Positions 23,999 through 38,405 of a stretch of DNA of 64,000 nt are shown one piece after another. The DNA lies in assembly GCF_026571515.1 (NCBI RefSeq), contig NW_026864528.1, forward strand, positions 1-64,000. Direction: 5' to 3'. A model generated the notes under the pieces. That model saw only the letters and a list, made by a program, of their open reading frames with translations. It made no database searches and had not been told where the DNA came from. Position 1 is the first letter of the stretch. The number at the start of each line of letters is the position of its first letter. Origin of the DNA: Ruditapes philippinarum. Its lineage: Eukaryota. The translations under genes and the position numbers were made by a program.

Positions 23999-26900
23999 TT
24001 AAGTACCTCAGGTGATATACGTAGGAAATTCAAATTTTATTTTTTTTAAGCTTAGGAGTTCCTTTAAAGTCTAGTACACATTTCATTTCGCTGTGTATTT
24101 AATCACATCGACGAAGTTCATATGGCGACTTAACAACTTCACTGGTTGAGAAAGGTCTCGCGTGTCTTTCTTTCCATGTATTATTTCAGGCGCGAACGGG
24201 TAGAACTGCCAGTCAGCTGAAAATATGCTAGCCGGATAGTTACTTCCCTAGTAAGAATGCAAAGTCAAAAGTCAGTGACTTTTATCCGGTAAAAAAAACC
24301 TACATTTACAAAATGCATGTATTTACAAGGTATGCAAAAAACCTGTATAGTTAAAATTTTCTTTCCTATTGATTTTTCCTTTTAGCTTTTTTTTTGTTTG
24401 GAAAACGGATAACTTAAATTAACTAAAATTTTTATTTATATTTTAAACAATTTAAAATTAATTTAAATAAAATTTAAAACCTGTAATACATTGTTCTTTT
24501 ACGGTTAGTAAAAGCTTTTTAACCCAATATAATTAAGGGAAAATTAACTTGGGTAATATTTTTTTTTTTGTTTATTTATTCATACCCCTTTTGCTAAGAT
24601 TCAAAAGCAAGCGGGTTTGTTTCCCGGTTTTGCATCATAGACCGGATCTTAAAAAAATAAATTTCATTTTTGCTCAAAATAATAAGACATATTTTGACAG
24701 ATTTTCCCAAACTAAAAGTTTAATTTCCTTACATTATATTCGTTAAGGGAAATTTAAATTGTTGAAAAAGGTAAAAAACAAGAACCGTTAATTCAATTTC
24801 ATAATCCCTTTTAATTCCCTTTAAAAATTGTTTAAAAGGAGTAATAATTCTTTTTTGGCTATTTTTTGAATTTAAATATTTCCCACACTTTTTTTCGAAA
24901 TTTTGTAACGTTTTTTATTTGAGAAATTCGGTAGTTTGGGAACGGGGGATTAACAATTCGCACATTAATTATCACCGGAACAAAGTGAAAGGTTTTGAAA
25001 AAAGGTGGAAAAAAAAAGCCCTTGTTTAATTTATCACTTTAAGATTTTTAAAAATTCCCTAGAATATTTAAAAAGGTAAATAAATTTGGTTGCAAATTCT
25101 AATTAAAATTTTTCCTTAAACCAATTGGCCCAGGGTTTTTTCTTTTGGACCATCATTTCTTATGATACCAGTAAAAAAGTTCAAAAATTAAAAAAACGAA
25201 CCTACAAAAAGGTGGGAACTTTTTAAAAATTGGGGATGTTCAAATTTTATTGGAAAAGGGAAAAACCGATTTAAAAAAAATTTAAAATTCAAGTACAATC
25301 CTTATACGCGGCTCAAAAAATTTGGGGGTTTCTATAAAATTATTTACTTTCGAACAGGTTTTATAACCAATTTAAGATATTTCCTAAATATGTTTTAATT
25401 TGCCAAAAAGAGCCAATTTTTTAAAAAATGGTAAACTTAAAAAATGTTTAAATATATTACTGGTTAAAATAAGAAAGTTAAAATTTATTACATTAAAAAA
25501 TTTATATTTTCTCTAATTGGCTTTTTTTAAAAAAAATATGTTTAAACCCTTTAAAATGTCAAATTTAAATTTTAATTTTTTTCCCATTGAGTTTTTTAAA
25601 AAGGAAAATATTTGCCCTTTTATTTAATTCAATTACAAATAAATTTTAAACTTTCACGTTGACTTTGATTTTAAATTTTTATCCTTACCTTTAAATTTGA
25701 ATAGGTTATCCCTTTAATTTAGTTATTGGTAAGTATCACCTGTGTTCAAATTTTCCCTTTTCTTTGATTTTCGGGTTTAAAAATTCCTTTGAATAAAAAT
25801 GCGATATCAGATTTTTCTTTTCCGTAACTTTCTTTTAGTTTATCCTTACTTTTAATGGGTTTGTCTGTGTTTTACCCTGGTTACTAGGTTCTTCCCCTTC
25901 AAATGCGTTTCTGGAGTTCTTCCCTTGCACTCTTATGAATTTCTGCACTGCGTTTCAAAATTCCTTCCCTACACTGCTTATCAGAGTTTTTTCCCTCAAT
26001 CTACGCAGGGCAATCTCCCTTTCCCCTTCCACTCGTTATCCCCTTAAAGTGTTTTTAAACCGGGAATTCCTTTCCCTTTTTCTACTTTACACCCCGCGTT
26101 AAACCAGAGTTTTTTTCCCCCTTTTAAATGCCGTTTTTCCCAAATTTTTTTCCCCTTACGCATTTTTTTGATAAAACTGAGAAATAAATTTTTAAACTTG
26201 TGAAGATCAATCCAAAATAAAACTTTTAAAATTCATACATATCGTGCCCAAATTTTTTTTTATATTTAAAAAATTGTACAAAATAAGTCAAAAGCTACCC
26301 CCTGATACGTAATCCCAAAAAAATGGATACCTACATTTCACGTCTAGGGTATAAATTACATACTTATCTATGTACTTTTATTCAATCTTCTGTCCCGTAT
26401 GTATAGGTTTGAAAAAGTATTTTAAAATTTAAAAGAATCCCCTGAAGCAATATAGTATGTTATGTTTTTACTTTATTAAAAAAACAAAGATAAAACATTG
26501 CCCAAAAAAACCCACGAAATGATCTACTTACAAAACAAAAAAAAAAACCCAAAAATTTTAGTTTTCACACACCAGCCCCTAAAAAAAGTATGCTTGAAAA
26601 GCCTATATCGGAATTATGTTTTTTGTTATTTCCAAAAACCCCAAACTATATGCAAAATTTAAGCATTAAACAGCGCTGTGCACAATTCACGGTTATTGTT
26701 TCTCGAGAAAAAATTTAAAATTTTGTAATTTTTGCCCTGTTGTTTTTTTTACAGTTTAAAAGGAGAATTATTTTAATGGCTCAAAATTTCATGCGCAAAA
26801 TTTTTCAAATTTATAATTGAATTAATTAAGAAAAACAAAAAATTTTTAAATTTTATATTTTAAAAAAAGTATTAATTGTTCAATACAGAAAATTTCATCG

Positions 26901-29900
26901 TATATAATTATATATTTTTATTTTAATGGGGAAACATTTTATATTGGGTATATTGAAAAGTAATATTTTTCAAATAAAAAAAAAAAAAAAGAATGAATGT
27001 ATAATGTTATTAAAAACTTTATTCACGAAAATTGTTTACCAAAAAAGCCGAGCATCAGTTATTTAATTTTCCGTTACATAGGAAAATGCTCATTTAATTT
27101 TTTTAACCCCGGGGTTTATTATAAATTTTCCCGTTTTTAAACTCTTTTTATCCCACAAAGTATGTGAAAAGCTCCCGTTGCCCCGTTTTAAAAGGTCTTC
27201 CGTTATGAATGGGAAAAAATAAAACACTGGAAAATGAAATTTCGAAGTTTTTTAAATGAAGGTGCATAAAAGAAAATTGTAACCCCTCAAGGTTTGGATA
27301 AAATTTAATTTTATGCTGTTTTTTTAAATTGGGAAGTTTTGAAAAATAACACCTTTTTGTTTTTCAACCAGTAATTTTTAATTTTTTTCATCCCTCTCAT
27401 TTTTCGGAAAAAATTGGGGACCACCCAATTTCCCCCGCCTGTAAAATTTAAAATTTTTTACAAATTTCATGAAAAAAATACTAAAATTTAAAAATAAAGA
27501 AAGTAGATTTTCTTACCTTGATTTGAAAATAAACCACCTGCGCCCGTTTTATTTACTAACGTTTTTGTTTTTGTTGTTAACCCAAAAAAGTGAAAAAATT
27601 TAAAATTAAAACTCTTTCACTGCGAAATTAAGCTAAAAAACGTTTAATTTTTAAATTAAACAATTTAAAGGGGGGTATTTTGACTTTACGGCGAATGATC
27701 AAAAGGGCCCTTTTTTACTTCCGTTTTTAAAATTTCATTTAATTAAAAGGGAATTTTAAAAATGTTTCCCTGATGTAAATTAAAGATAAATTTCCCGGGT
27801 TTTCTCAGTACTAAAAAAAATATACTTTTTCTTTTCTCCCCACTTTTATTAAGTTATTTTTCCGAAAAAATTAAACTTCCCTTTTTGCAGATGGAAAAGG
27901 GCAAAGGCTGCACGTGACCTCCCGGCACTTTGGGTTTTGGGGGTTTACATAGAAAACGTAAAAAATAATTTAAAAAATTAAGAAATTTTTTGTAAAAAAA
28001 ATATTAAACTGAACTTTACATAATTAAAATTTAAATATTACTTCATATTTTCTAAAAAATTTTAAAGGAATTTTTTTTAACTATTTTTTAAATAAAAAAA
28101 CCAAAAATTTTTGTAATTTTTTGATTTTTTGTATTTTCTGATCGGCCAAAAATCAGTAAAAAACCCTTTGCTAAACCCTCCACGGTTAACACAAAAATTT
28201 TTTTTAACAGACCTAACAAAAGCAAAGTAAATTTTTTCAAAATCCCGAACTGCTTAAAAAACCAGCAAATTTAAAAAAAAGAATAATTTTTAATGTAGGG
28301 GATTTAACGAATTTCCCGTGCATTTAAAAATAAGAGTAGTCAATAGAAAAAGAGGTTACAATCACAAAATTTTGGGGGGATAATACTTTTTTTCCCAATG
28401 AAAAAAGTTTTGGCTATTTCCGTAAAGCCCTTTAAACAATTTAAAAGCTAAATTTTTTGCTTGTCGATTACCCAAAACCCAAAAAGCGTAGTACAAAATA
28501 AATCTGAAATTTTCGAGTAGTGGAATATTTTACATGTTGTACTGTTTTGTCAGAAGATTTTCGCTAAATTTTTATCAGTGTTAAAAAAAAGGTTTAAAAG
28601 TGAACAAAATATCTTTGAAAAATTTCTAAAAAAATTAAAAAACACGAAATAAAAATTCTCAAATTGAAATTACAAAAGTATTTTGGTTTTTTTTCAAGCT
28701 AAAATACGTATTACTTCACCCTGGTGCCCGAGGTAGGGGCGTCGTTTTTGGGTTTTTAGAGGCCTAAAAGGTTTAAAAACCTAGTCCCAGGCAATTTTTT
28801 TTTTTTAAAAGTCTTTTTTTAAAGGAAAAATAAACCACGATATGCAAGGATAAAATGTTTGGGGTCATAAAAAATGAAAAAAAGATTTTTGATGGGAACT
28901 CGTAAAGGGAAAATTTCCCTATGTATCAAACTCAAAATGTTATAGACGCAAACGCTGGTAAGATTTTAAATTTTAGTAATAAAAATAAAATTTAAGGAAA
29001 ACACATACAGATAGCAGTATGAATTTTGATTTTAAAGATCAGAAAATAACCCCAAAAAAAAGGTTTTCAGCCCTTTTTATTATTTGTTTTTAAATCGTCA
29101 ACCCCAAACAAATATGGGAAAACGAAAATTTTAGACCTTAAAAGCTGTTAATTGCAAAAAGCCGAAAAAAAATCCGCTTTTTTTTTAAGCAGTTACTTTC
29201 CCCTTTAAAAGTAAAAACTTTAAAGGGCCCAAAAAATTTAGGGGGGATCAAAATCGTAAATATGGGGCACCCTGACAGGGGCATTAATTTTTAAGCAAAA
29301 AAAATTCCCAAAAGGTCGAAGGAAATTTTTTAAATTTTTTTTATTCTTTAAAATATAAAAGTTATAGTAAGCGCCATGAAATTTTTACAAAAGTGTTAAA
29401 AAAAGTTAGGGGTCGGGAAAAAAAAACAATAAACTTTTCTTTAAGGCCGTTTTGCATACAAATTCACCGTGGGCCGAAGGGGGTTTCGCCCCCTCTAAAA
29501 AAAGCCCAGAGGTTTTGGAGTTAAATCTTTAAGGCAATTTTTTTTTTTTAAATTTTTTAAGTCAAATATATTGGATTGAATATCAGTGTTGCAATTAGTC
29601 TTATAGCCAATCTACTACAATTAAAACGCTGGAAAGCATTGGTGGCACCATACAAAAACAAATTGTTTTATAATCTCACAACCTTCACATTTCTGACATT
29701 CTGAGACCCAAACAAATTCAGCGCCTTCTGTGCTCTGATTTTTACCTCCCTTTATTGGCAAATATATGAAATCCGTGTATCCGGTTGATTAGGGAAGTAT
29801 GACGTTTATCCGTTTAAACGGCTTCGGAAAAGACACTTTTTTATACATCATACATCATATACATGGTGCTTTTTATACATGGTCCATCATATACATATGT

Positions 29901-30399
29901 GCTTTTTATATCTATATATAAAGATGCCTATTAAACATTTTGAGATATGCCAGACAAAGTTCTGTTTTAACACGATATTTTATAAACTGGCAGTTCTAAG
30001 ATGTTTTTCGTTTAGTCGTTAGTTTTATATATTTGAGCTGCATGAGTGTATATAGTTTTATTTGAAGTGATAGATTGTTATGTGTATGAATAATTATTTC
30101 AAGTTGTTTTGTTTCATACAGTTCCTATGTCTCTTTGATTTATTTTCCTAACAGTTGTAGTCTTTGAAACTTGTTCGACGCAGATTTATTGTATATGTAT
30201 TCGTAACGTATTTCTGTTGTTCTTTTCGATGCAATTTCTTTTTCCGGTTTGCATGTACATGTAGTGTGTCCGTTATGTCTGTACTTTATATCTAGTTTTA
30301 GTTCCTATTTCCATTTTGTACGTGTAATTGTATATGTACAGAATCCGTTTGGTGCAAATCTCTTTCAATTGCTTCTTGTTTGGTCATTTCTGGCCCTCA

Positions 30400-31700
30400 T
30401 GTATGCGTATTTCTGTGTATTTCCGTTTAGTATGTGCATGTATGTTTATTTCTGTGTATCGCCGTTAAGTATGTCCATGTATGTGTATTTCCGTTAAGTT
30501 TGTCCATGTATGTGTATTTCCGTTAAGTTTGTCCATGTATGTGTATTTCCGTTAAGTCTGTATGTATGTGTCTGTGTATTTCCGTTAAGTTTGTCCATGT
30601 ATGTGTATGTCTGTGTATTTCTGTTAAGTCTGTCTGTATGTGTAAAGTCTGTCTGTATGTGTATGTCTGTCCATGTATGTGTATGAATGTGTATTTCCGT
30701 GAAGTCTGTCTGTATGTCTATGTATGTGTATTTCCGTTAAGTCTGTATGTATGTGTATGTGTATTTCCGTTAAGTCCCGTATGTATGGGGTTGGGGGTAT
30801 TTCCCTTTAGTCCCGAACTTTTATGTTTTGTCCAAAGTATGTGTTGGGATGTTTTTATTTTTATGTATGGGTAATCCCTTAAAATCTGTCTGTATGTAGT
30901 ATATTTTTCCCTTAAAATCCCGTCTGTATGTAAAAGTGTATTTTGTTAAAATGTCTGTATATTTTTGTATGTTTTATGATGTATATGTGATTTTTGGGGT
31001 TTAAATCTGTCTTTAAAGTGTTGTTTTGTTTTTCCGTTTAAATCCCGTCTTTTTATGTGTTGTGTTTCCATTAAGTATTCTGTATGTGGGATGTATGTCC
31101 ATTATGTGTTGGGAGGGGTATATCCCTTAAGTCTGTCCCGTATGGGGTAAAATTTTGTGTTTTTTTTGTTAAGTGTGTCTGTATGTGAATGTCCCCGTTT
31201 CCAAAAAATGTGTATTTTATTGGGATTTTTTGTTAAGTAAAGTCTTGTCCCGTCTTTTGTATGTGTTTGTCCCGGGGGGTGTGCCCTTTTGTGTCTGTGT
31301 TTTCCGTTAAGTTGTTAAAGTATGTGTGTATGCCCGTAAATGGTTTTTTGTTTCGCCTTTGGAAATTTTGTAAAGTATGTCAAAAGTATGTTTTTTTCCC
31401 TTAAGTTTGGTAAATTTTCCCCTAAAGGGAAAAATTTCCCCCAAAGTGTATGTTTGTGTATTTCCCTTTAAATTTGTCCCTGTATGGGGGCGTTTGGGGT
31501 TTTTTCCCTTTTAAATAAAGGCCCCGATTGTGGGATGTGTATGTCCATGTCTGGGGTATTTCCCTTAAGTATGTATGTTTCATGTGTATGTATGGGGTAT
31601 TCCGTTAAGTTTGGGCCCTGGGTTTCGTATGTTTTAAAATATTTTGGGGCTCTCCCAAGCTTAAAATCTGTTCAAAGTATGTGTTTTTGTCTGTGTTTTT
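30400..31700. repeat. Second copy of the gtatttccgttaagtct satellite
   Basis: Same core and flanks as 7390-8770; degraded after about 30780. Confidence 0.8.
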
Positions 31701-31981
31701 TTCGTCTAACATTATGCGGTATGTATTTATTTTATGTTCTTATCCCTTCCCTCTCTATTTATTTAAAATATGGGGGGAGTAACGGGGGATCGAACCCCTT
31801 TCGGGCCTTGAATGTAAAACGTAGTGTCCACTGACCCAGCGCCCCTCTGATTTTTTAAATTTTTTGGAAACCCCCTATATAATTTTTTTCAAAGGCCTTT
31901 GAGTTTTGCAAAATTAAATTTTAACACCTTAAAAACCCGGTGGGCCAACCCCCCGTGCATTTTTGGGGGTTTTCGTAAAGA

Positions 31982-34900
31982 TACGGAAAAAGTAAATTAG
32001 TGCCAGGTGTATGTTTTTTATAATCGAAATTTCGAGATACTACTCGAAATTTCGACTTACTTTTCTCGGAAAATTTTGAAATTCTAAACTCGAAAATTTT
32101 GAGTTACTAACCGAAATTTAGACTTAGAACTGAAATTTGATTATTCCCGAAATTTGACTTAAGGGAAGTTTGAAAATTTGAAATTACTTATTTTCCCAAA
32201 TTTAGAAATTAGTAAAATCGGAAAAACGAAATTATTAAAATTTTAAAAATTGGGAAATTTTTTTTAGATGGTAAAAGATATAGTAGGCAGTGCCTTTTAA
32301 CGATGGAGATGGAGAAACGGGGGCCTGGAAAAAAACTATTGAAATTTAAAATTAAAACTTTGTAATGGATGTACCACCCGAATAAAAAAAAACAAGGCTT
32401 CCTTTAATTTTTTACGTTAGGCGTTTTTTCAGAAAGTTTTTTTTGTATCCCATCTGTTTTGAACATATCTTTTTACTAATCATTTCTTCCTTTATTCCTT
32501 TAAAAAAAACGATTCCTTTTTTTTTACGTGTGGGAAAATCTGAGGAAAAAGGTTTTCGGGGGGGTGGCCAAAAAAGGGCGTGCTGAGGCCTTTGTCAAAA
32601 GGGTTTGGGCCCGACTATATTTTTGTAAAAACGGATGCCTTTTTTTTTTTGTTTCCCCAAAATATATATTTAAAAACAATATCACTTTTTTTTCAAAATT
32701 TTTAAACCAATATGAAAAAAAAATATTAGTAAAAATGAATTTGTTACAAAAAAAATTATTAGGGATAAAGAAATGTTTACAAAACTAACTGGCCTATACA
32801 CGCCCAATTTTAAAAAAATTTTCCCCAAAGATAAATTTCCCCGTTTACAATAGGGTGGGTTTTTTGGAAATTGTTGTTTTTTCCATTAAAGGGTTTTATG
32901 TGTGCTTAAAAAAACACCCGTTTTAAAACGGAAATGTGGAAAGTGGTTTTTTTCACCCCCCCCCCCTCCCCAAAAAAGGGAAAGGAAAATGTTTTAAATA
33001 AAGTGTAGAAATTTTACCCCCATAAAATTCTTCCCGGGGGTCTGTCAATGTGGGAACAAAGGGGAAACATTAAATTGGCCCGGTTGGGATGTTTTTTTTT
33101 AACTCGAAATTTCGAGTCCTAACTCGAAATTTTTGAAATTAAATAACTGAAAAATTTTTGATTTCTTTCTCGAAATTTCAGTTACAAAACCCAATTTGAA
33201 TTATTAACCGAAATTTCGAGTTTTCTTAAACTTTGAAATTTCGAGTAACTAACTTAAAATTTCGACTTACCCAAAATCGAAATTTCGAAATTACTAAAAT
33301 CGAAATTTCGACTTACTAATCGAAAAATTTTGACTTACTAAATCGAAATTTCGATTACTTTTCTGAAATTTCGACTTAGTAAATCGAAATTTTGAAATTA
33401 GTAACTCGAAATTTCGACTAAAATTGAAAAGACTTTCAATTTGGGTTTCCGGGGAAAGCAAAAGGGTTGAATTTCAAGAAAACTTTCTTTCGTGTGTAGC
33501 TTTTTTTGCACATTTGACAGAGGGGGCCTTTAAAAATTTAAAATTTTAAAAAGGAAACAATTTTTAATGGGCAAAAATTTTCCCCCACATATTTAACAAA
33601 ATCCTTCGCCCTTTTTTTTGGAGGGGGGGGGGGGGGGGGGGGTTTAAAAACACACTTTCCCCATTTCCGTGTTAACAGGGGGGTTTTTTTTCTTAACAAC
33701 ATACAACCATCAAAGTGGAGAAACAACAAAATCCCGAAAAAAACCCTATTGTTAATTTTGCAATATCATTTGTTTAAAAAAGTTTTTAAAAAGGCGTGTA
33801 TACGCCTTAGTCTGGGACGTTTTTTTTTGTTTCTAATTTAAAGTTTTTGTTTAAAATTAAATTTATTATTTTTTCTAAAAACTTTGATTCATATTGTTGA
33901 TAAAAGTTGAATTTAAAAATGAAAACTTGTTTTGTTTTTTATATAAAGTTGGGAAAAATATAAAAAAACATCCGATTTTACAAAAAAATATTTGTCAGTC
34001 CAAAAATTTTGACAAAAAGGGCCCCAAAACACGCCCTAATTTTGGGCCCCCCCCCGCGATACTTTCCTTTAGAAAGTCCCAACGTGAAGTATAAAAGATG
34101 TTTTTTTACAGGGATGGGGAAGATATGATTTGTGAAAAAAATGGGTTGAACAGGTGGGGTACAATACAGAGGGCTGAAAAAGCGCCTTTAACGTACAAAT
34201 TAAAGGGAAACTTTTTATTTTTTAAGGGGCGGGTGGGGGTACATGCCAAAATTTCTAAGTTTAAGTTAAATTTCAAAAAGTTTTTTTCCGGGGACCCGTT
34301 TTCCAATTCCTCGTTTCAAACAGCAGTCCCCAATATTTTTCCCTTTTACCATTTAACTAATAAAATTTTGGCCCATTCTTGAAATGTTAATAAAATCGAA
34401 AAATTTTGAGTTACCCAAGGGCGAAATTTCGAGATAAGTAACTCGAAAAATTTTGAGTTAGTATGTCGAAAATTTTTTATTTTGTAAGTCGGGAAATTGG
34501 GGGTTTTGTAATGAAATTTTGAGTTACTAAACGAAATTTCAGAAAAAAGAATCGAAAATTGGGGGTTTGTAAATCGAAAATTTGATTAATATAAATCGAA
34601 AAAAATTTTCGAAAAAATAATTTTGAGTTAGTATGTTTGGGAAAATTTCGAGTTAAAAAAAGAAATTGAAATTTCCGGGGTTTGTAAATCCAAAATTTCG
34701 AGTTAAGTAAAGGAAAAATTTTAGATAAGGGAATTGTTTCGAAATTTAATTTTCGAAATTTCCCAGTTTTAAAAAAAAATACACCTGGAAAAAATGTCTT
34801 TCCCTAAACAACAACTACACACGAAAAAAGTATCTTTAATTTCAATCCTTTTCCCTTTTAACGGCAACCAAAAAAAAATCGTGCCCGTGTAAGTGGTTAA

Positions 34901-35753
34901 TTTCTAGTTTAACCCCAAAAAATCGAAATTTTCCCAAATTAAATTTAAATTTGAAAAATTTGAAATTTGTATGCCCGGGAAAAATTGGTTAAATAAAAAA
35001 TTTTGAAAATTTTCAAATAAGTAATGAAATTTTCGAAAAAAAAGTAAAAAACGGGGAAAATTTTTGAGTTTAAAGGGGAATCGGAAATTTTTCGAGGGTT
35101 AAAAGAATAAATCGAAAAATTTCGAAGTTAGTAACCCGAAATTTTTGAAAAAAATAAGTTTGAATTTCGAGATAAAATTAAATTTGAAATTTGAAAATTA
35201 GTTTTAAGGTTTTTCGAAATTTCGAGAAAAAAAAAATTGGGAAAACAAAACAAAATTAAAAAACTTGAAAATTAAAATTTCTTTTTCCCAATCAGATATT
35301 AATATTTTTAAGACATATTTTTTATGTTGTAAAATTTGGGAGGGTTTTTAATTTTTTGTTTTTTTCCCCTAAAAAAAAATAAAAAAAAGAAACCAATGGG
35401 CCCCAAAAAAATGGTAAGCGTTAAAAAGAATATTTTACAAATTAAAGAAAACCCAAACCCGCAATTAAAAACATCTGGGCTAAGGGCCCCAAAAGGTTTG
35501 GGTTTTTTTGGGGTTTTTACTGTAAATTTTGAAATTTCGAGTTTGTAAAATTTTTAAATTTTTGAAAATAAATAACTCGAAAATTTTAAATTTTCTTATC
35601 TCGAAATTTCGAAAGTTATTAACTCGAGAAATTTAGAGTTACTAACTCGAAATTTCGAGTTATTATCTCGAAATTTCGAGTTAGTTACTCGAAATTTAAG
35701 TCGAAATTTAGAGTTAATAAAAAACATACACCTGGCACTAATGCTCTTCCGTA
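31982..35753. mobile_element. Foldback element(s) with TACGGAA..TTAGTGCCAGGTGTATG TIRs and arrays of palindromic ~21-bp CTCGAAATTTCGAG units
   Basis: Left TIR at 31982, clean right TIR at 35717-35753, and an internal inverted duplication (32926-32970 versus 33625-33670). The interior is low quality. Confidence 0.7.
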
Positions 35754-38405
35754 GTATCTACACTAATCAAAAAGTTATTATTAATTACTCAAACTTTACA
35801 TTCGGGCGTAAATTGTCCCGTCTTTGTGGTGCTCCTGTGATTAATTTTATTATATATTGCCTCTTTTATTTACGTTTGATCTTCTCTTTTATTTCCTTTT
35901 AATTATTTTATTTACTTTGACATGTTTCATCGGCCATGTTGCTGCAGCTTTTGTCAGGCGCGGATTTAAGGGTGAGCCCCTATCACTCTTTGTTAATCTG
36001 TTTTCTACAAAGTTTTTCAAACTTTTAAAACAATTAAAAACTGACGTATTCCATAGCTGTAATACGTTTTCTTGTGTTAAATTAACATGATTTTCAAAAG
36101 AGGGTAGATAAAAAAAATGGGGTGTTTAAAATGTTTTTAATTCCCAAAATGCATTAAAAGTTAAAATATCAAAACTTTCTGCGGGCATTTTTTTTCTTTT
36201 AAGGGGGAATTTCACATGACATCAAAAATAAGTATGATATCCTGTCACATTCAGTGCTTTCAGCACTTTGATTACAGACAAACCTCCTGAAGCCGACTTG
36301 ACTGTGGAACCTTACAGCCTCCACGTGTACATAAGATTGTTCTCCTGAGAAGAATCCCGCTCATGATAGCCTTAGAAAGTCCAAATGTTTTTTCTAGCAT
36401 AAGGTCTTTACTGGTAGTCGGCACGATAGGCTATGCAGCTTCCAGGTACTAAATGCAGCTTTCGCTGTCAAGTACGGAACTCAGACATGTCACATGTCAT
36501 GCCCTTAGAGGGTTAATTTTGAAGCACAAACTGGTAATATGTTTTAATTATGAGGTCACATCTAAATTATGGTCATAAATATGGAATATACGAAGCCAAA
36601 AGTAAGATTTCATTGCAAATATTTCTCTTACAGATTCACTTATTTTTTATAAATGTCTTTGCCATGCTCAATATCTTTTTCTGACATTGACTGTGGTTTT
36701 GTCCAAAGGCCGGCTCATTGTCTAAATGGCGCATATTCCTGGCAAAGAATGGTCTTAATTTCTCAAGAGAAATGATTCTCAAAGATAATCGGTCTATCTT
36801 GTCAACATCTGTTGATGTGTTATCACTTGTCTAACTGAATTTTCTTTGATATTTTTTTCGTATCTTTATAGTGATCATAGTTTGGGCAACCGGCATGCGA
36901 CAGTAAATAAAAGAAAAGAAGTAAAAAATCACAAAAGCTACTGTATTTTCGTGTTTCTTTTAATTGTCTTAGGACGATTATTCTTCTGTCTTGTTCCTAA
37001 CAGTTCAGGCGAAGTAACTCCTGAAAAACAATGTGTTGATTCGAGTAAGAATAATGTAAATGTCATAAAGATGGAGTTGAAGCTTCGCGCAATATAACAT
37101 GAAAAATAAAAAAGGTCCGAACAAAAATACGCGGGCCTATTTTCATGCGCGGACATATACTCGGTTCCAAAAGAAAGTGTGCACTTTTTAATGTTGAATA
37201 TTTAGAAAATTAGCAGACGTTTCTTTTCAAATTCTTGGGCATTGTTTAGTCCACTAAGTACAGACATAACACTCGATCAATATAAAACCCATCGGGTTAT
37301 ATTTCAGATGAGTCTAGGTTTAACCTTAGTCATCATGACGGTCGAATTCGAGTTTTTAGAAGAAGACAAAAACCGCCGAAAACAAAGGGCACACTTTTTT
37401 TTGGAACCTAGTATATATTCATGTGGTGGTATATTCATGTACTGCTATCTTAACCGGTTTTGACTGATATTTCCGGACATACGGACTGGTACATGCACAT
37501 AGGGACTTTGCTATTTTGGTCGAGATTATCAATTTGCAAAAGAAATATAATGATTTAATGCACTAGATGCTATAAACGCACGAGTAATGAGTTTTTGTGA
37601 AACCTTTACGGCTGTAATCGTGTGCGCCTGTCCAATTCTAAATAGGTTAATGAATGATGTATTGTTCTTTTTGTGAACGTTTATTCTTGATAAAATGTTA
37701 ACAGGTGAATTCACACTTGGATAGTTTCTTTTGGAGGAGAAAGGTGCGTAAATTATGATTGTGTCATCTTACTAAATTGTAAATAGTCAGTATTAAATGC
37801 GTCTGACGAATTTTCGTTTGTTGTGTTAATTCATTTATTTCTTGAAGGGGACGGGGTGAATAAGTCTTAGTATTAATATAGAATATGATAATAAATGTAA
37901 CCAAGTCATTGGGATCATGTGAATTAAATAATTATCAATTTTATTTTGAGAGGTACCACTCGATTTATTTGGTGATTATTCACAAAATTTAATCGAACAG
38001 GCTAGAATGATAAAACTAACGCTACTCTATTGCCAGTGTTAACGTTACCTTTTTAAATTCGAACTATATGCGGTAACTTAATAGGTTGCTCCAAAATTAT
38101 TTTAGATACTTTTATTAAAAAAAATAAGAATTACAATAATGTCATTGTTATTTAATATAAAACTTTTAATTTCCATTTTCAGTGTTTTTGAATGGTTTAC
38201 AAGTCATGAGAGTAAATAAACATGTAATGCTAAATTTACACAGAGAAGAATATATGACATAGATCTACATGTATATTTTTCTCAACATGTATACAAAATG
38301 AAGGTGTTGCGAAATTTTTAAATTCTAAAGATCATTGATTTCATCATAATATTATGTACATTATTTTGACTACATTTTGTTTTTTGCTAGAAAGCAAGTG
38401 TCATC

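Larger units (their letters stand above)
22200..31981 (+). repeat. Segmental duplicate (B) of 1-~9048 (A)
   Basis: Colinear gene, TTAA elements, SINE, minisatellite, satellite and tRNA-like head; homology ends at cgtaaaga. Confidence 0.85.

Noticed and set aside
32528-35548. Lys/Phe/Gly/Pro-rich ORFs
   Set aside because: Products of homopolymer-inflated low-quality sequence.
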